From: Bdellovibrionota bacterium
GTDB taxonomy: Bacteria > Bdellovibrionota > UBA1018 > CAIPTA01 > JAALKR01
Reading direction: 5' to 3'
Length of the DNA: 64,000 bases
Assembly: GCA_965207455.1 (NCBI GenBank)
Contig: CBDBMJ010000001.1
Coordinates: 832,001 to 896,000, forward strand
Position numbers and translations under genes: made by a program. Shown in pieces: positions 34,601 through 42,432 of this stretch. Below the pieces are notes generated by a model, which worked only from the letters and a program-made list of their open reading frames with translations, was not told the DNA's origin and did not search any database. Within the stretch, counting starts at the first letter, position 1, and each line of letters opens with the position of its first letter.

Positions 34601-37600
34601 AACCAGAAGCAACAATATTTACTACATCTTGATCACTAAAAGCAATTACAGACAATCCGCGCATGGAACTCTTTACTTTTACTTCACCCAATATGGAATC
34701 TTTTATCTCATTAATCGTTTTTGAACTTAACCCAGATTCAAATAATTCTCTAATATTAGATACATCTGCATTGGATAGATCATTCAATAACTGACTTGTA
34801 TAAGTAGTTTCTCCTGTGGGTACATCAATAGCAACAGCATTTCCAAGAGCTGTAACAAAAGCACCATCTTCAATTTTTGCCCTAGTTTGACCTATAAATA
34901 CGGAAACACCTAGAGCTCCTCCCACTGCATCTTTTCCACTAATTGCTGCACTACCTGTCAATTGAACGAAATCCGTATTATCTTCCGCATATAACTGAAC
35001 ATTACCTTGGCTATTTATATTTGCATTACCACCAATAATTGCATCCACAGTACTTTTTATAATTCCTAACGATACAGCACCGCCTACAGCAAGATTATTC
35101 CCTCCACCAAAACCAACCACAGTAGAAGTAATATCTTGATCTGAGTTGGAAATTACTTTAATATCTGTATCTGCATTTGCTGATCCATTTATTCTTGCTA
35201 GAACATTTTTCCATATTACATTTGTATCTAAAGATGCTCCAATACCTCTTTCTCGAGACACTCCTGCTGCACCAATGAGTTCTATAATATTCGTTTCACT
35301 ATCGGCATATATCAAAATAGATTGGGCAATTCCATCAGAATCATTTCCACTATTTAATAAACTGTTTGCCATAGTTTCAGCAATAGTTACAGATTTCACT
35401 GTATTAAGGCCCAGGGTTCCTGCTAAAGCATTTTGTCCTCCTCCACTGGCACCTAAGGCTGCATGTAAAATATCTTCAAAAGAATTAGCTTTTATATTTA
35501 ACTCGTTAGCAGAATTTAGAGTAGTATTCCCATGCACAATTGATTTAGTTTCATTTAAAAACAAATTTAAAGCGAGAACACCTCCAGCTCCTGTCTTCTC
35601 ACCATAACTGCCTTGACCTATAAAAGATTTAACTCCGGTTTTACTATCAGATTCTATATTTATGTTTCCATTTGAAGTAGATAAAAATGAATTATCTTTA
35701 ACTTCTGAGGTAACTCTATTATCAAATACATTAATTCCAACAGCACCAGCTAAAGCATTCTCTCTAGTAGATGCAGCTCCTGCTACTGCAATATTGTAAA
35801 TATCCTCTACAGCACTTGCTGCAATTGATATATCAGAGCTAGTATTAATTGTTGAATTTGAATGAATAGATGATTTAATTTTATTTCGCAAGACAATTCC
35901 ACTGAGTGCACCTGCGCCACCTAGTTTTTGTGCAATAGCAGCACCACCTGTAATTGATCTTGCATTTGTAAGATTTTTAGCATTAATATCTAATTGATTT
36001 GACTGAATATTTACATTCTCCCCAACAGTGGCATAAATATTATTATGTGTAACAGTTACACTAAATGATCCAGCCAACGCATTATCACCCTTATTTCCTG
36101 CTCCTGCTATAGATTCTGTATAGTAATTTGTGGTTTGTAGAATAGAAAGCGGATTTATACTATCGAAATCCCCATCAAAATTTAGAGGATCTTCACTTTG
36201 CTTTTCATTAATCGATTCTACTATTATATCTCCACTTACAGAAATGCTACTATTATCCCCAATTACAGATTCTGTTTCATTAACAGTATTGATGACAGAA
36301 AAAGAAGCACCTATAGCTAACTTAGCATCACCATCATCATTCAATGCTGCTGTGGCACCCCAAGCTTTTGTACGAATCCTGCTTTTATCAGAAGAACTTA
36401 CAAGTAAACTATTTGCATTAGAAATATTGCTTCCATCACCTAAAATGGCTTCTGTATTATTTACATTATTCACTAATGCAAGAGCACCAGCCACGCCATA
36501 TTTTTCTGCACTAGCTCCAGCAATAGCTTCTGCTGTTAATTGATCTTCAAAGTCGCTATGCTGATTTTGAGTAGATTTTGCTTTTATACTTATATCATTA
36601 GCTCCAGAAATAATCGTATTATTTCCAATTTTTGCTACAGTATCATTGAGTGAATTAGAAATTGCTACTCCAATTGCAATTGCATTGTCACTTTCAACAG
36701 CATATCCAGTTCCTTGACTGCTATAATTATTTTCATTAAATGCATTAACAGTGATATTATTTCCTGCAGAAATACTTAATCCATCATCTATACTTGCATT
36801 CACATCATAATCAATGGCATTCACACCAACAGAGGCTGCAACACTAATAGATTTACTTTGAGAAGAATTTTTATCTCCTGACTCAGTGATAGACTGAGTT
36901 TCAGCGGCAAAATCAGATAATGCTTGCACACTATGAGGAGTTGACTCGTCACCAAAATCCCCTTCTAAAATCTCATCTTTTTTAACAGATTCACTAGCTT
37001 CTGAAGATTTTTTAAATACCTTTGTATATTTATTTAAACTTAATCCTTTTGCTGTTGCCTGTGCTGTTACCAAATCCTTTCCTATGGAATTAGCGTCAAC
37101 TTCAATTAAACCACCCACAATGGAATTCCTGCCCAAATAAGCATTGCTTTTTACTGTAATGACAGACACTACCACTGAAGCACCCACAGCCACACTTTCT
37201 CCAACAGCTTCCCCATCTGCACTGGAAGTATTATTTGTTTCAGAATTACTTGAAATACTAAGATCTCCTCCAACGAGCACACTGTTTGAGGTATTTGGAG
37301 AACTATTCATACTGGCAACTGTATTTTTTATTAGTATATTTAAAGCTACAGCAGCATCCAAGCTATAGGTACTGGGTTCACTTTCCTCTTCACCATCTTC
37401 AGCCTCTTGTCCTGCTCCTGCGGATGATATTAGAGAAGTACTTGTACTGGAATTTGCATTGATAACAAGATCGCCATTTGCATTTATTACAGTATCCTGA
37501 TCCACCCTAGCAATAGTATTTTCATTAATTACATTGATGGAAAAAGCAGCTCCAAGACCAAAAGATTTTCCTTCAGATTCTCCTTGAGAATTATTATCGG

Positions 37601-40600
37601 GTGGTGTGGGTTGTGAAGTTCTTGCATCACTAATGACCGTTCCTGCATCTGTATCACTGCTTCCTGTTCGTATCTGGAATTTTTCCAATGAATCAAATTC
37701 ATCTATTTCCTCTTCTTCTTCTTCCATGGAGGCAACACCACCTGCAATTCCTTCACTCATAACTTTATGTTCTGTACCAGACTCACTGATAACATTAATA
37801 TTTCCAGTAGTTGAGATACTAGCATTTTCTTTAATCTGAGCATTGGCATCGAAATGAACAATATTAATGGCAGCAGCACCAGCAATGGATAGATTTCCTC
37901 CACCAGCTCCCGCAATAGCACCACTGGTAAAAGTACTTGTATCATCAGTTACTGTAACTCCATTATCATCCATTTCACTGTCAACACGGCTACCTACTCC
38001 TACAAAAATATCCCCATCTCCCCGAACTTCAGATCCAGCAGCAATTTCTGCCACAATATCTATATCCACAATATTTAAAGAAACGGCTGCTCCTAAATTT
38101 ACTGCAGCACCAGCAGTTTGCCCATCTGCAATAGTTTTAGAGTCCGTATTATCTTCTGCAAAAATAGTTATATCACTTGCTTCAATATTTCTATTTTCCT
38201 TGATAATAGAAGTAGTTTTAGAGTTGGTAACATTTAAAGCCAATGCAGCAGCCACAGATAATTGAGCGTCTTGACCTCCTTCGCCTGAGTCCACACTAGC
38301 TTGATCTGCTGTGTCTTGTGAGTCCGTACTGCTACCTGACGGAAGTAAACTATTAGCCAACTCCACTAATGATAGTATTGAGTCTATAACACTGGAATCT
38401 TCCTCTTCTTCTGATGTGCTATCATCTCCCCCAGCTCCATTTACAGAAGCCATAGCAGCAGTGGAAATGCTACGCTTTGAAGAAGACATAATAGCAAGAT
38501 CACCTTGCGTACTAATATCTCTATCTATTATAGCTTCCACTGTGCTATAAGAAATATTCAATCCAACAGATAGACCTATAGCTACCACAGAGGCCTCATC
38601 CGCATCTCCAGCCTCTCCAGAACCAATAGTAATAGAAGAAATCTCTTGCGTACCAGAAACACTAACATCTCCAGTAGCATCAATACTATTGGAAGATGTG
38701 GATATTTCTGCTCTAGTAATATCTTCAGAAACATTTAGTGCAATGATAGGAACAATGGATATTCCTCCACTAGCAGCAGATTTTGCTTCTACCTCATGGC
38801 TAGAAAAAGAAATAGAAGAAATATTTATTTGATCTAAATTACTAACAATAGCATTGCCATTTAAAGTGGAGAAAGTTTCATTTTTAGAAATATCTAAGGC
38901 TATGGATGCTCCAATACCAATGCTAGTTCCACTACTTTCTTCAGCACCCTCTTCTTCAGGTGGACTTACAATTTCAAGAAAATCACTATATACAGAAAAT
39001 ATATCATCAACAATAGTACTTTCTTCCTCATCTAAATTTCCATTAGCAATAGAGTTTGTAACAGTGGTATTGCTTGCTTGAATCTCTAAATCTCCATTTC
39101 CTAAATTAGAATTAGTGTTTTCTCCCAAAAGAGATTCCACTTTATTTTCTCTAACAAGATTGAGAGAAAGAGCACCTGCTAGACCAACAGTTGTTCCACC
39201 CTGTCCAGAATATGCTATGGAAGAAAAATCATTGCTATCTTCATCTGAAATTGTGGAATCATAGCTTTCTGTTAATGCACTAATGGATATTCCATCTCCT
39301 GAAGATATATTTAAAGTAGTACCTGCATCTCCTTCAATAAAAGCTCGATTGCTATGATCGGATATTTGTACAGACACACCAGCCCCTCCACCAACTGCGG
39401 CAGCGCCTGATCGACCACTAGCTAAGTTAAAGGCTTGGGTGATTTCCTTTGTTTTTAGATCAATGGGGCCGGAGGAAATAATATTTTTATCCACATTTCC
39501 TTTAATGGAAGCTTCTGTATTGGTGTTTACTACATTTACTGACAGTGCACCTGCTAACTGTACAGTTCCACCACCACTTTCTTCAGAGTCCAGCAACTCA
39601 TTTTCTGTGATCGACAAAACACTGTCAAATAAAGAGGTGATACCACTCACCACTGAGGAATCCACACTATTATCTGTTAAAGCGTTACTCAACTGATCTT
39701 GAACAGAGGTATTATTGCCTTCCATTACAGAGGCTCTTGCGCCATTCTTAGCTGTATTAATGGAATTTGCATGAATATTTAGTCCAGTGCTTCCAGACAC
39801 AGATGCGCCTTCAGAAATAGTAGCTATTGTATCCGAATCTAATACATTAATAGCCACAGCAAAGGAAGCGCCAGACATACTAGAAGTGCTAGAATCCGCA
39901 TTCGTATCCGTTAGTGCCACTCCCTCAGCAGTAATGCTAACTATATCTGAGCTTTGAATTGTAGTGTTTCCTTGAATTATTGATTGAGCTTCATTTTTTA
40001 TATCAGAAATTGCGATAGTAGCAGATAAAGGAATACTGGAATTAGCAAAAGCAGTTACTGTGGATTCTGTTTTAGCTTGAGATAAAATACTCACAGATCC
40101 AAGTGCAGTAATACTGGAATCACCATTTAATATTGTATGAGCAATACTATCTGTTGAAGCAACAGATAGGTCTACAGGTATATTAAACGCGCTTAAATCA
40201 AGGGAAAGCTGAGTTTCTAAATTTGATTTAGAAATTAAACTAATACTGCCCTCTGCTGTAATAGTAGTAGAATTTAAAAGTATATAAGATTCTGAATTTC
40301 TTGCATCAAATAATCCATTATTAAAAAGAGGTTTATCTTGTATGGAGTCACTAGAAATACTAACATTATTAGATGCTGTAATTACGGTTCCATCTTTTAA
40401 ATCAATAGTAGAATTAACAGAGTGTAGAGGATTTGAGCTATATAATACGTTTTCAGTACTTGCAAGAGAGTTAAAAGTAATATTTTTCCCTTTAATCGTG
40501 GAACCATCTAATAGAATACTACTTGTTCCAGTAGAACTAGCAGTAAGAGTTATGTCTCCAGCGCTATAGCTCCCAGTTGAATGAGCTAATAATTTAGAAC

Positions 40601-41879
40601 CAGTACCTAAATTGATAATAGGTGCTGTTATGGAAATATTACCAGAATCTCCTGTGGAGTTAGAGGATTCTTGATCGGAACCTGAAATATTTCGAGTAGA
40701 AATAATAATATTATCCATAAGAGTAAAGCTTTCTGTCGCTAAAAAATCATAATTTCCTCCAGACATTAACTGATTAGATGATATGGTAATATCTGCAGGG
40801 TCAATTAAAACAAAGCCATCTAGTCCATTTGGAGAATCAGCATAAAAAATACCACCCTTAAGGTTAACTGTATTTTTGGCACTAAATTCAACAAAGCCAC
40901 CATCTCCTGATATTTCTCCACCACGAATGTCTATTTTTGCTCCTTGCTCAAAATTAGCCACATCGATTGCATAAATATTTATTTCACCAGCATTAGAGTC
41001 TTTACCAACTCCTTTCACAGAAATAAGAGCATTATTTTCAACATGGATATCATTCTTTGCCTTTATGGATATATTTTTACCATTTATTTTGTCGCTACCT
41101 TCTGCCAGTATTTCTCCAGAAATATTTATATTTCCATCAGATAGCAAACTAATACTCCCATCATTATTTTTCCGAACAGTATTAGCTTCTTCCAGTCCAT
41201 CAAGATTGACTAGCTGCCTTGTTTCTATTTCACTCAAAGTAAGCGCACCGGATATATTTAAACCATTTGCTTGCAAAAATATTGATTTTTTTGCATTAAC
41301 CGACCCTTCTATTAAAATTAAACCCGTACTAGAAATGGGAATAGCTCCATCCAGTAATTGATTCATAAATTCAGGATTCACAATTCCTGAATTACTAATA
41401 AAACCACGCATATATTCGGCTGTTGGTGTTATAAAATGAGCACTTCCTAAATTCATCTGCCCACTCTTTCCCACTATAATTCCATTGGAATTTAAAAAGA
41501 AAACGTTTCCGCCTATTTCTCCATTTTTATAAGAATTTAAAATTCCATTGATACTTGTTTTTTGATTATGTATTAGATTTATTAAATTTTTAGCATTATC
41601 GGGAACATGTAAATTAACTATATTACCCTTATACACATCAAATTTATCAAAAGAGTTTATTCCATTTTTTCCATAAATAGATGTTGTTGTTATATTTGTT
41701 ACATTGCCTTTAACCAAAACACTTGTATTGGTACGACCATCAGCAATAATTTGAGGATCATCTTGTGCATAAGCACTCAATGATGACGAAAAAAATGAAA
41801 GATTGAAACATAATATATAAATAAGTATATTTGACATCTTCAATTTTAATTCATTAATTCGTTTTTTCAGCATAAGCAC
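22665..41879 (-). CDS. Giant TpsA exoprotein (6404 aa), LktA-family / filamentous haemagglutinin-like beta-helical adhesin
   Basis: Signal peptide (..SAYA/QDD), TPS secretion domain (NSFDKFDV, LINLI, GGNVFFLNSNGIIVG, GDGGFVEFSA), thousands of residues of Gly/Ala/Ser/Ile-rich beta-helix repeats, cognate TpsB nearby. Confidence 0.9.
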   Translation of the reverse strand: MLMLKKRINELKLKMSNILIYILCFNLSFFSSSLSAYAQDDPQIIADGRTNTSVLVKGNVTNITTTSIYGKNGINSFDKFDVYKGNIVNLHVPDNAKNLINLIHNQKTSINGILNSYKNGEIGGNVFFLNSNGIIVGKSGQMNLGSAHFITPTAEYMRGFISNSGIVNPEFMNQLLDGAIPISSTGLILIEGSVNAKKSIFLQANGLNISGALTLSEIETRQLVNLDGLEEANTVRKNNDGSISLLSDGNINISGEILAEGSDKINGKNISIKAKNDIHVENNALISVKGVGKDSNAGEINIYAIDVANFEQGAKIDIRGGEISGDGGFVEFSAKNTVNLKGGIFYADSPNGLDGFVLIDPADITISSNQLMSGGNYDFLATESFTLMDNIIISTRNISGSDQESSNSTGDSGNISITAPIINLGTGSKLLAHSTGSYSAGDITLTASSTGTSSILLDGSTIKGKNITFNSLASTENVLYSSNPLHSVNSTIDLKDGTVITASNNVSISSDSIQDKPLFNNGLFDARNSESYILLNSTTITAEGSISLISKSNLETQLSLDLSAFNIPVDLSVASTDSIAHTILNGDSSITALGSVSILSQAKTESTVTAFANSSIPLSATIAISDIKNEAQSIIQGNTTIQSSDIVSITAEGVALTDTNADSSTSSMSGASFAVAINVLDSDTIATISEGASVSGSTGLNIHANSINTAKNGARASVMEGNNTSVQDQLSNALTDNSVDSSVVSGITSLFDSVLSITENELLDSEESGGGTVQLAGALSVNVVNTNTEASIKGNVDKNIISSGPIDLKTKEITQAFNLASGRSGAAAVGGGAGVSVQISDHSNRAFIEGDAGTTLNISSGDGISISALTESYDSTISDEDSNDFSSIAYSGQGGTTVGLAGALSLNLVRENKVESLLGENTNSNLGNGDLEIQASNTTVTNSIANGNLDEEESTIVDDIFSVYSDFLEIVSPPEEEGAEESSGTSIGIGASIALDISKNETFSTLNGNAIVSNLDQINISSISFSSHEVEAKSAASGGISIVPIIALNVSEDITRAEISTSSNSIDATGDVSVSGTQEISSITIGSGEAGDADEASVVAIGLSVGLNISYSTVEAIIDRDISTQGDLAIMSSSKRSISTAAMASVNGAGGDDSTSEEEEDSSVIDSILSLVELANSLLPSGSSTDSQDTADQASVDSGEGGQDAQLSVAAALALNVTNSKTTSIIKENRNIEASDITIFAEDNTDSKTIADGQTAGAAVNLGAAVSLNIVDIDIVAEIAAGSEVRGDGDIFVGVGSRVDSEMDDNGVTVTDDTSTFTSGAIAGAGGGNLSIAGAAAINIVHFDANAQIKENASISTTGNINVISESGTEHKVMSEGIAGGVASMEEEEEEIDEFDSLEKFQIRTGSSDTDAGTVISDARTSQPTPPDNNSQGESEGKSFGLGAAFSINVINENTIARVDQDTVINANGDLVINANSSTSTSLISSAGAGQEAEDGEEESEPSTYSLDAAVALNILIKNTVASMNSSPNTSNSVLVGGDLSISSNSETNNTSSADGEAVGESVAVGASVVVSVITVKSNAYLGRNSIVGGLIEVDANSIGKDLVTAQATAKGLSLNKYTKVFKKSSEASESVKKDEILEGDFGDESTPHSVQALSDFAAETQSITESGDKNSSQSKSISVAASVGVNAIDYDVNASIDDGLSISAGNNITVNAFNENNYSSQGTGYAVESDNAIAIGVAISNSLNDTVAKIGNNTIISGANDISIKAKSTQNQHSDFEDQLTAEAIAGASAEKYGVAGALALVNNVNNTEAILGDGSNISNANSLLVSSSDKSRIRTKAWGATAALNDDGDAKLAIGASFSVINTVNETESVIGDNSSISVSGDIIVESINEKQSEDPLNFDGDFDSINPLSILQTTNYYTESIAGAGNKGDNALAGSFSVTVTHNNIYATVGENVNIQSNQLDINAKNLTNARSITGGAAIAQKLGGAGALSGIVLRNKIKSSIHSNSTINTSSDISIAASAVEDIYNIAVAGAASTRENALAGAVGINVFDNRVTSEVKDNSFLSTSNGNINIESDSKTGVKSFIGQGSYGEKTGAGGVLALNLFLNETKSIVHGNTTLNSANELNIKANSFEDILHAALGASGGGQNALAGTLGLNTVKSVTIAETMANSLLNSGNDSDGIAQSILIYADSETNIIELIGAAGVSRERGIGASLDTNVIWKNVLARINGSANADTDIKVISNSDQDITSTVVGFGGGNNLAVGGAVSLGIIKSTVDAIIGGNANINSQGNVQLYAEDNTDFVQLTGSAAISGKDAVGGALGVSVFIGQTRAKIEDGAFVTALGNAVAIDVPTGETTYTSQLLNDLSNADVSNIRELFESGLSSKTINEIKDSILGEVKVKSSMRGLSVIAFSDQDVVNIVASGSGASGTGIAANVATAVFAHTAEASIGNATINANNTSANVDQQVLLHSIIDSNVINFSGALTVSGGDGVGGAGEIFTAVKNISAYIGAGANVQSKSDVTVAANSNNRLLSVAAGFVGGGGNTIGGTLAAGVIVNNTQAYIDGNVNTEGNIDVSADDNSFLAQISGVISAGGGTVGFGASFGLSVFNSTTLAYVGSDASINASGEISIEADTNESVYGLAVAGSGGGTVGIAGALAIRVHNSSTRAYAEGNINQDSTYTVSGQSVNIRAHNNVRELGVVGGLSGGGTVGFGFSGDVVVIRNQTNAYIGNGALVNANDDINISAISNKEVDSYSVAFGAGGTAGIAGAVSVMVLGASLGSDERSEISGSDENGNNGNAWSGMDDRTTSSQVGDDLGSTDEALEIKGILDASTGRAAISSIIEDDSSVSLNKTQAFIDTNAQVNSGKDISINARDGVITRLGAGAITGSGTFTVGGSVGIVVVGDSAEAFIASNARVNSSRYLDITASTEENLHTLAVAGGGSLYAAINGSIVNQTVLSNTYAYIGSGAIINDDDNGESDQRVSIQSNSNTKTFSLGGDGGGALVGIGISANITTISKNTKSFIGSRANIKAKREILIDASSIEKLIAITVSAQGGALGLGGVISPQTVVNTTEAYISDGSILYSQGNIRVQAMDDLEIDTVPLAGQFGATTVGGAIGINTVLTTTQAYVGSANVTALGEGGTMDIYNSNITSSAVDMDAKTTTDSDSGESETTTVTQKNNNYETDSIRGLAVVAVSHEDIFNAPIGFAVSGGQTNSATAGVNIVQTQTKARIANGANINTINTNAHSDQKVIVHASDKTEIVGISITGSVSNGSSYTMSSNIDVINKQVLSEIGGNVKSSNTVSVKSESEENLIIGAIDGGISSGTAIGGSIAGSVIVNNVDAKILDNTNIKTSGDLNILATDNASINKTTGRVGISKELAVGASMSIDIIKSNVNAYIGNNVDADSSGIINIDAISVANFDDRVVAGSVAEKFALAGAFSIKVSNSNVKSYIGRGTRINQTESYKTNEQDVKVNANDAVYVNSIAGAGAISGIASAGASINTVIVRNTVESYVAEDTNIYAGRDVDIGATSSRDIEMISIAGAGGLGVGYAGSLVLASVGSELGNDGKEQLGGDNNSVINSLSSQLSSDHISSHSSGEKGDYANSRRRSEKENTSALNNTDGLDNYLNMSSTDSLDKTSAYIGSNSSIIAVGDISIISKDISEMKLTAGGATIGSSAIGGWFAVGISNTTVQAFSNENVTLSSGGSLTISADLEKIDSDKSGVESIGGSAGLLGFAGSLAILKQQSTSLAYTGRDNILFGEQLNVQAGRTADIYASSLGGVSGIFSAGVSISTIEVSGGTQAYLGVGNTVGTQENSFENVTVKTESNMIIDSSSTIGAAGIGSAISGGISKAVDRSINISKINNNSTIQANNNVQILSNINPKILTKTFGVNVSGGSSVGLNTSESILSTTSSVEVGDNVRIDAGNDITLFSLINKPSSDSSASSYVTGATGGISIGLGATDSLAQSNSVVQAKTGANNIFNSGNDIVLEASDLSTVSSEVLGVSVGGLLAIGFNKSKVVLNSSSLVELGRNNTINAINAFGLNARGENRLVSDSTSGAGALGALVASSSDIDSNANTHIRILDGTASSYSNIKSGSVSINVSRKLVFDSKSNSYRASVVGASGSRVNSTIRSNISADMGNYNTIEARSFNVIAKNEAEKNIFTDGNLYGGSGGVWNAAAASSITNITHDTGINIGENSSIKVIGDRTDPGEFNIRAINEGNIKDKGKLEAGGAIAVALAETNINYNASNTINIERFSSLDSVGDVSIGSRTLADISAVTYIKTFGLAGAGSGISNANVSILNNTILDNNSKVRSDGDIFVMAGHDGGLSNNLISDAETRIWNKTVFPISTSPDANSAIEQENEVIINDDAAVLSVGDVILRAENGAHVSHGYGEGKDLYSEALSDIANFLGISDGSALFIRSGRAIDNSNSSVKINGNIRSGIQNSQYVNFGSDFHAYGKSSGNLIHYFVAKNEINGNVEVFDVNSSEDKIFIRNINSSSQSENIKWTFKGNVPLTQEISNEIFRLKKLRAAYDGAPEIKATLDSEISRLETQLGSIEKSTIVQVIELDDIYAQNGDIRLYGDNFTGTGTLYAPGDATISITNDSPSFLRLNKLNITNRTGGRIILNNIRVRDNQSINSRNKEKIEQANFLITDNTNSSDPSISIINNFDVDDSRYNIMNLPDLLNPEVQLRDVISNHGGSVNITNRSGSIVSSSSIFADSITLSTGEDFIQNYISGIYNIGGDPSSQFGTIADQKELESFDNRNTYTNTNRNDAEYMYDGSAALPEAESSIIAGNNVFITAEILNINGRIKSGNPDRSITITNSMINNSNVQNARNLYNQAVQSGNSSPDLQYYTISSSGENVDKFRTRINFKTDQIELIAAGVRGGLVQLTGKIISTGNGIIQAVDGYGRFLINNETNKTISLGRLDLGDDIEGKISIIDTSRTGFNGSSYTKTYSRLGSVLTVKDNTTLDSNGNPNNIISQTNSRTSSYTPKSDQRYYWVNGQNEGSREIITHAVERAKFLFIPFGSTDLGTEISRETISLTSSELINGGYVSTEINSNDYSYQFTREQASRKLRNQITTSKCVAWFIVCVKTRYTTKQEYDEGYRNYYEHNVKASHNISIEFTGYDTGDISVSSQGSIILNSSIRNLKGNTSIESINGDILSGTDLASINGESLSLIAGNGSIGGLGKNIILEQEDFYIFSASAEKDIHINASIGNLNFNQISSENGDVFLKADGLIQSSSTEAIIGNSIKIYSRNSGVGAALNPLSINSDSVTGSVYIEAAGDIHISEFDGDLLVDRIISHGGDINVKSSGLVLDGNTEEQQDVIARSKLLNIYDDLRLTGSNAENSGDESLEIFKSEKKREYKNYWNNRNLQEVRNDIGIVTYTSESYDVNKIIELSNQDKILLKEQNNWNDENIRNYENTLTEKFHESHEYFGSTNYDPNFTYTMNIEDEAMLKEGASWTEKELNSGISAGLLIETSDTQVRIETSNFSGRNVKITAAGQIGSTLNDLIITFSESNSVLLNDDERIALASAERDDLTITSTELRIARKEDIDIDATGTIDLTANGHIFLGSEEDVNIIGASSTEQIRVEVSGSIYSSAPLNTPIFNGVNLILEAGNGSIGTQANPILIEQDANNKITARARNNIYIIENSGDMRVDTLFSENSIYLTADGSILDYYEDEDLDIRSKDLYLNAGGEIGGSNGNNEALDIGLNANGNLTAIASSGGVYLYSPSRILNIQSITATDDIILDSMAGISVQGIISTDEIINLKSINGDINFSSLGKLINSSSNITLSAGSAGESEKYSIIMEDGSTIVSSTGLLDIRATGDIQIGSISTSADEENAFNLNAGGEIIDGGDSDIDISLMGDNALAYISGDEGIGNMNGLETHINQIKIRSVNGDVNINNDSSLNISEIVLKGSSRISSQGDINILSAGVGVSATGDSLELEARDGGNLEIGESIYAPNADIRLISEGYFNQLAGNTIYGKNITIIAQDYIDLESLITINRGNIVVHSLNSYIANGNLLYGENISLRAYTYLSGSNINFDANSISLQVDNGDIGYSNNYYEIVTDASFSNISSNNLYLRKLDGDLEVGRLSAENEVILDIRNGSVGIGTMIAEKADIDSVGYISIGSASIKESLNLDANDIHINNLSQKNSNETFTINSTGNNGSVGNSLKIKNANINSKLEFTQLRASIAEISVSSQYFRIIDGYISHYIDLVAGRATMYMNNQDTSLRDRFIQLYAPEYQFRFDLNQTSFSTDAFILYYNQTGLRINTHFIGKNDNVVEVGQRILVDAEGLQGYTETPEILSSSIEEGSLLSYTNRNRDNRKKDFSFTPWDSEDFNGINRSIASDDDENKSLSDKILADDSFNSIVFDGGLSDIIDIENTIFNDDEN

Positions 41880-41897
41880 AAGATATCCTTCATCTTA

Positions 41898-42299
41898 TTA
41901 TTTCTTTAAATTTGTTTTTTTATCAATATTAACTTTTGCCAGCTTTTTCAAACACGTCAAGCTAATTAAATCTACTCGCTGTTCTTCTTGCTGAACAAAA
42001 ATAGAATTACATTCAGAATTAGACGCTTTTTTAATGAGATCAGCATATATCACTTCTTTTGTTTTCTTAACTCCCATATCTATTCCTCTTCTATAAAAGT
42101 CTTGTTCTAAAGATTGCCAGAGAAAGATTGCTACAAAAGGTATTGAGATAACAATCCATATTCTACCTGCCATAGTCCATATCCCAGACTTGAGGAGATT
42201 TGTGTACAGATCATATTGATTCTTCTCATTTAATTTATCTTTATCATTATTGTTTTCAATTTCATTTTCAAATTTACTTTCCATTTTTATATCCTCCAT
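41898..42299 (-). CDS. Hypothetical single-TM protein directly upstream of tpsA
   Basis: 133-aa ORF with one TM and a C-terminal Cys pair; 18-bp gap to tpsA. Confidence 0.65.
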   Translation of the reverse strand: MEDIKMESKFENEIENNNDKDKLNEKNQYDLYTNLLKSGIWTMAGRIWIVISIPFVAIFLWQSLEQDFYRRGIDMGVKKTKEVIYADLIKKASNSECNSIFVQQEEQRVDLISLTCLKKLAKVNIDKKTNLKK

Positions 42300-42432
42300 A
42301 GTGTTATTAATTTATTCCTTTATAATCAAATTAGAACAAAAAATTGCTGATGAATTTCACTTCAATTATGTTTTTTTAATAATACTTTATTTTTTATTTA
42401 TTTTTTGAATTAAATCGAGTATAATAACACGC

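Noticed and set aside
22687..41361. Many plus-strand ORFs (60-150 aa) inside tpsA
   Set aside because: Antisense shadows caused by the biased codon content of the Gly/Ala/Ser-rich gene; no motifs.
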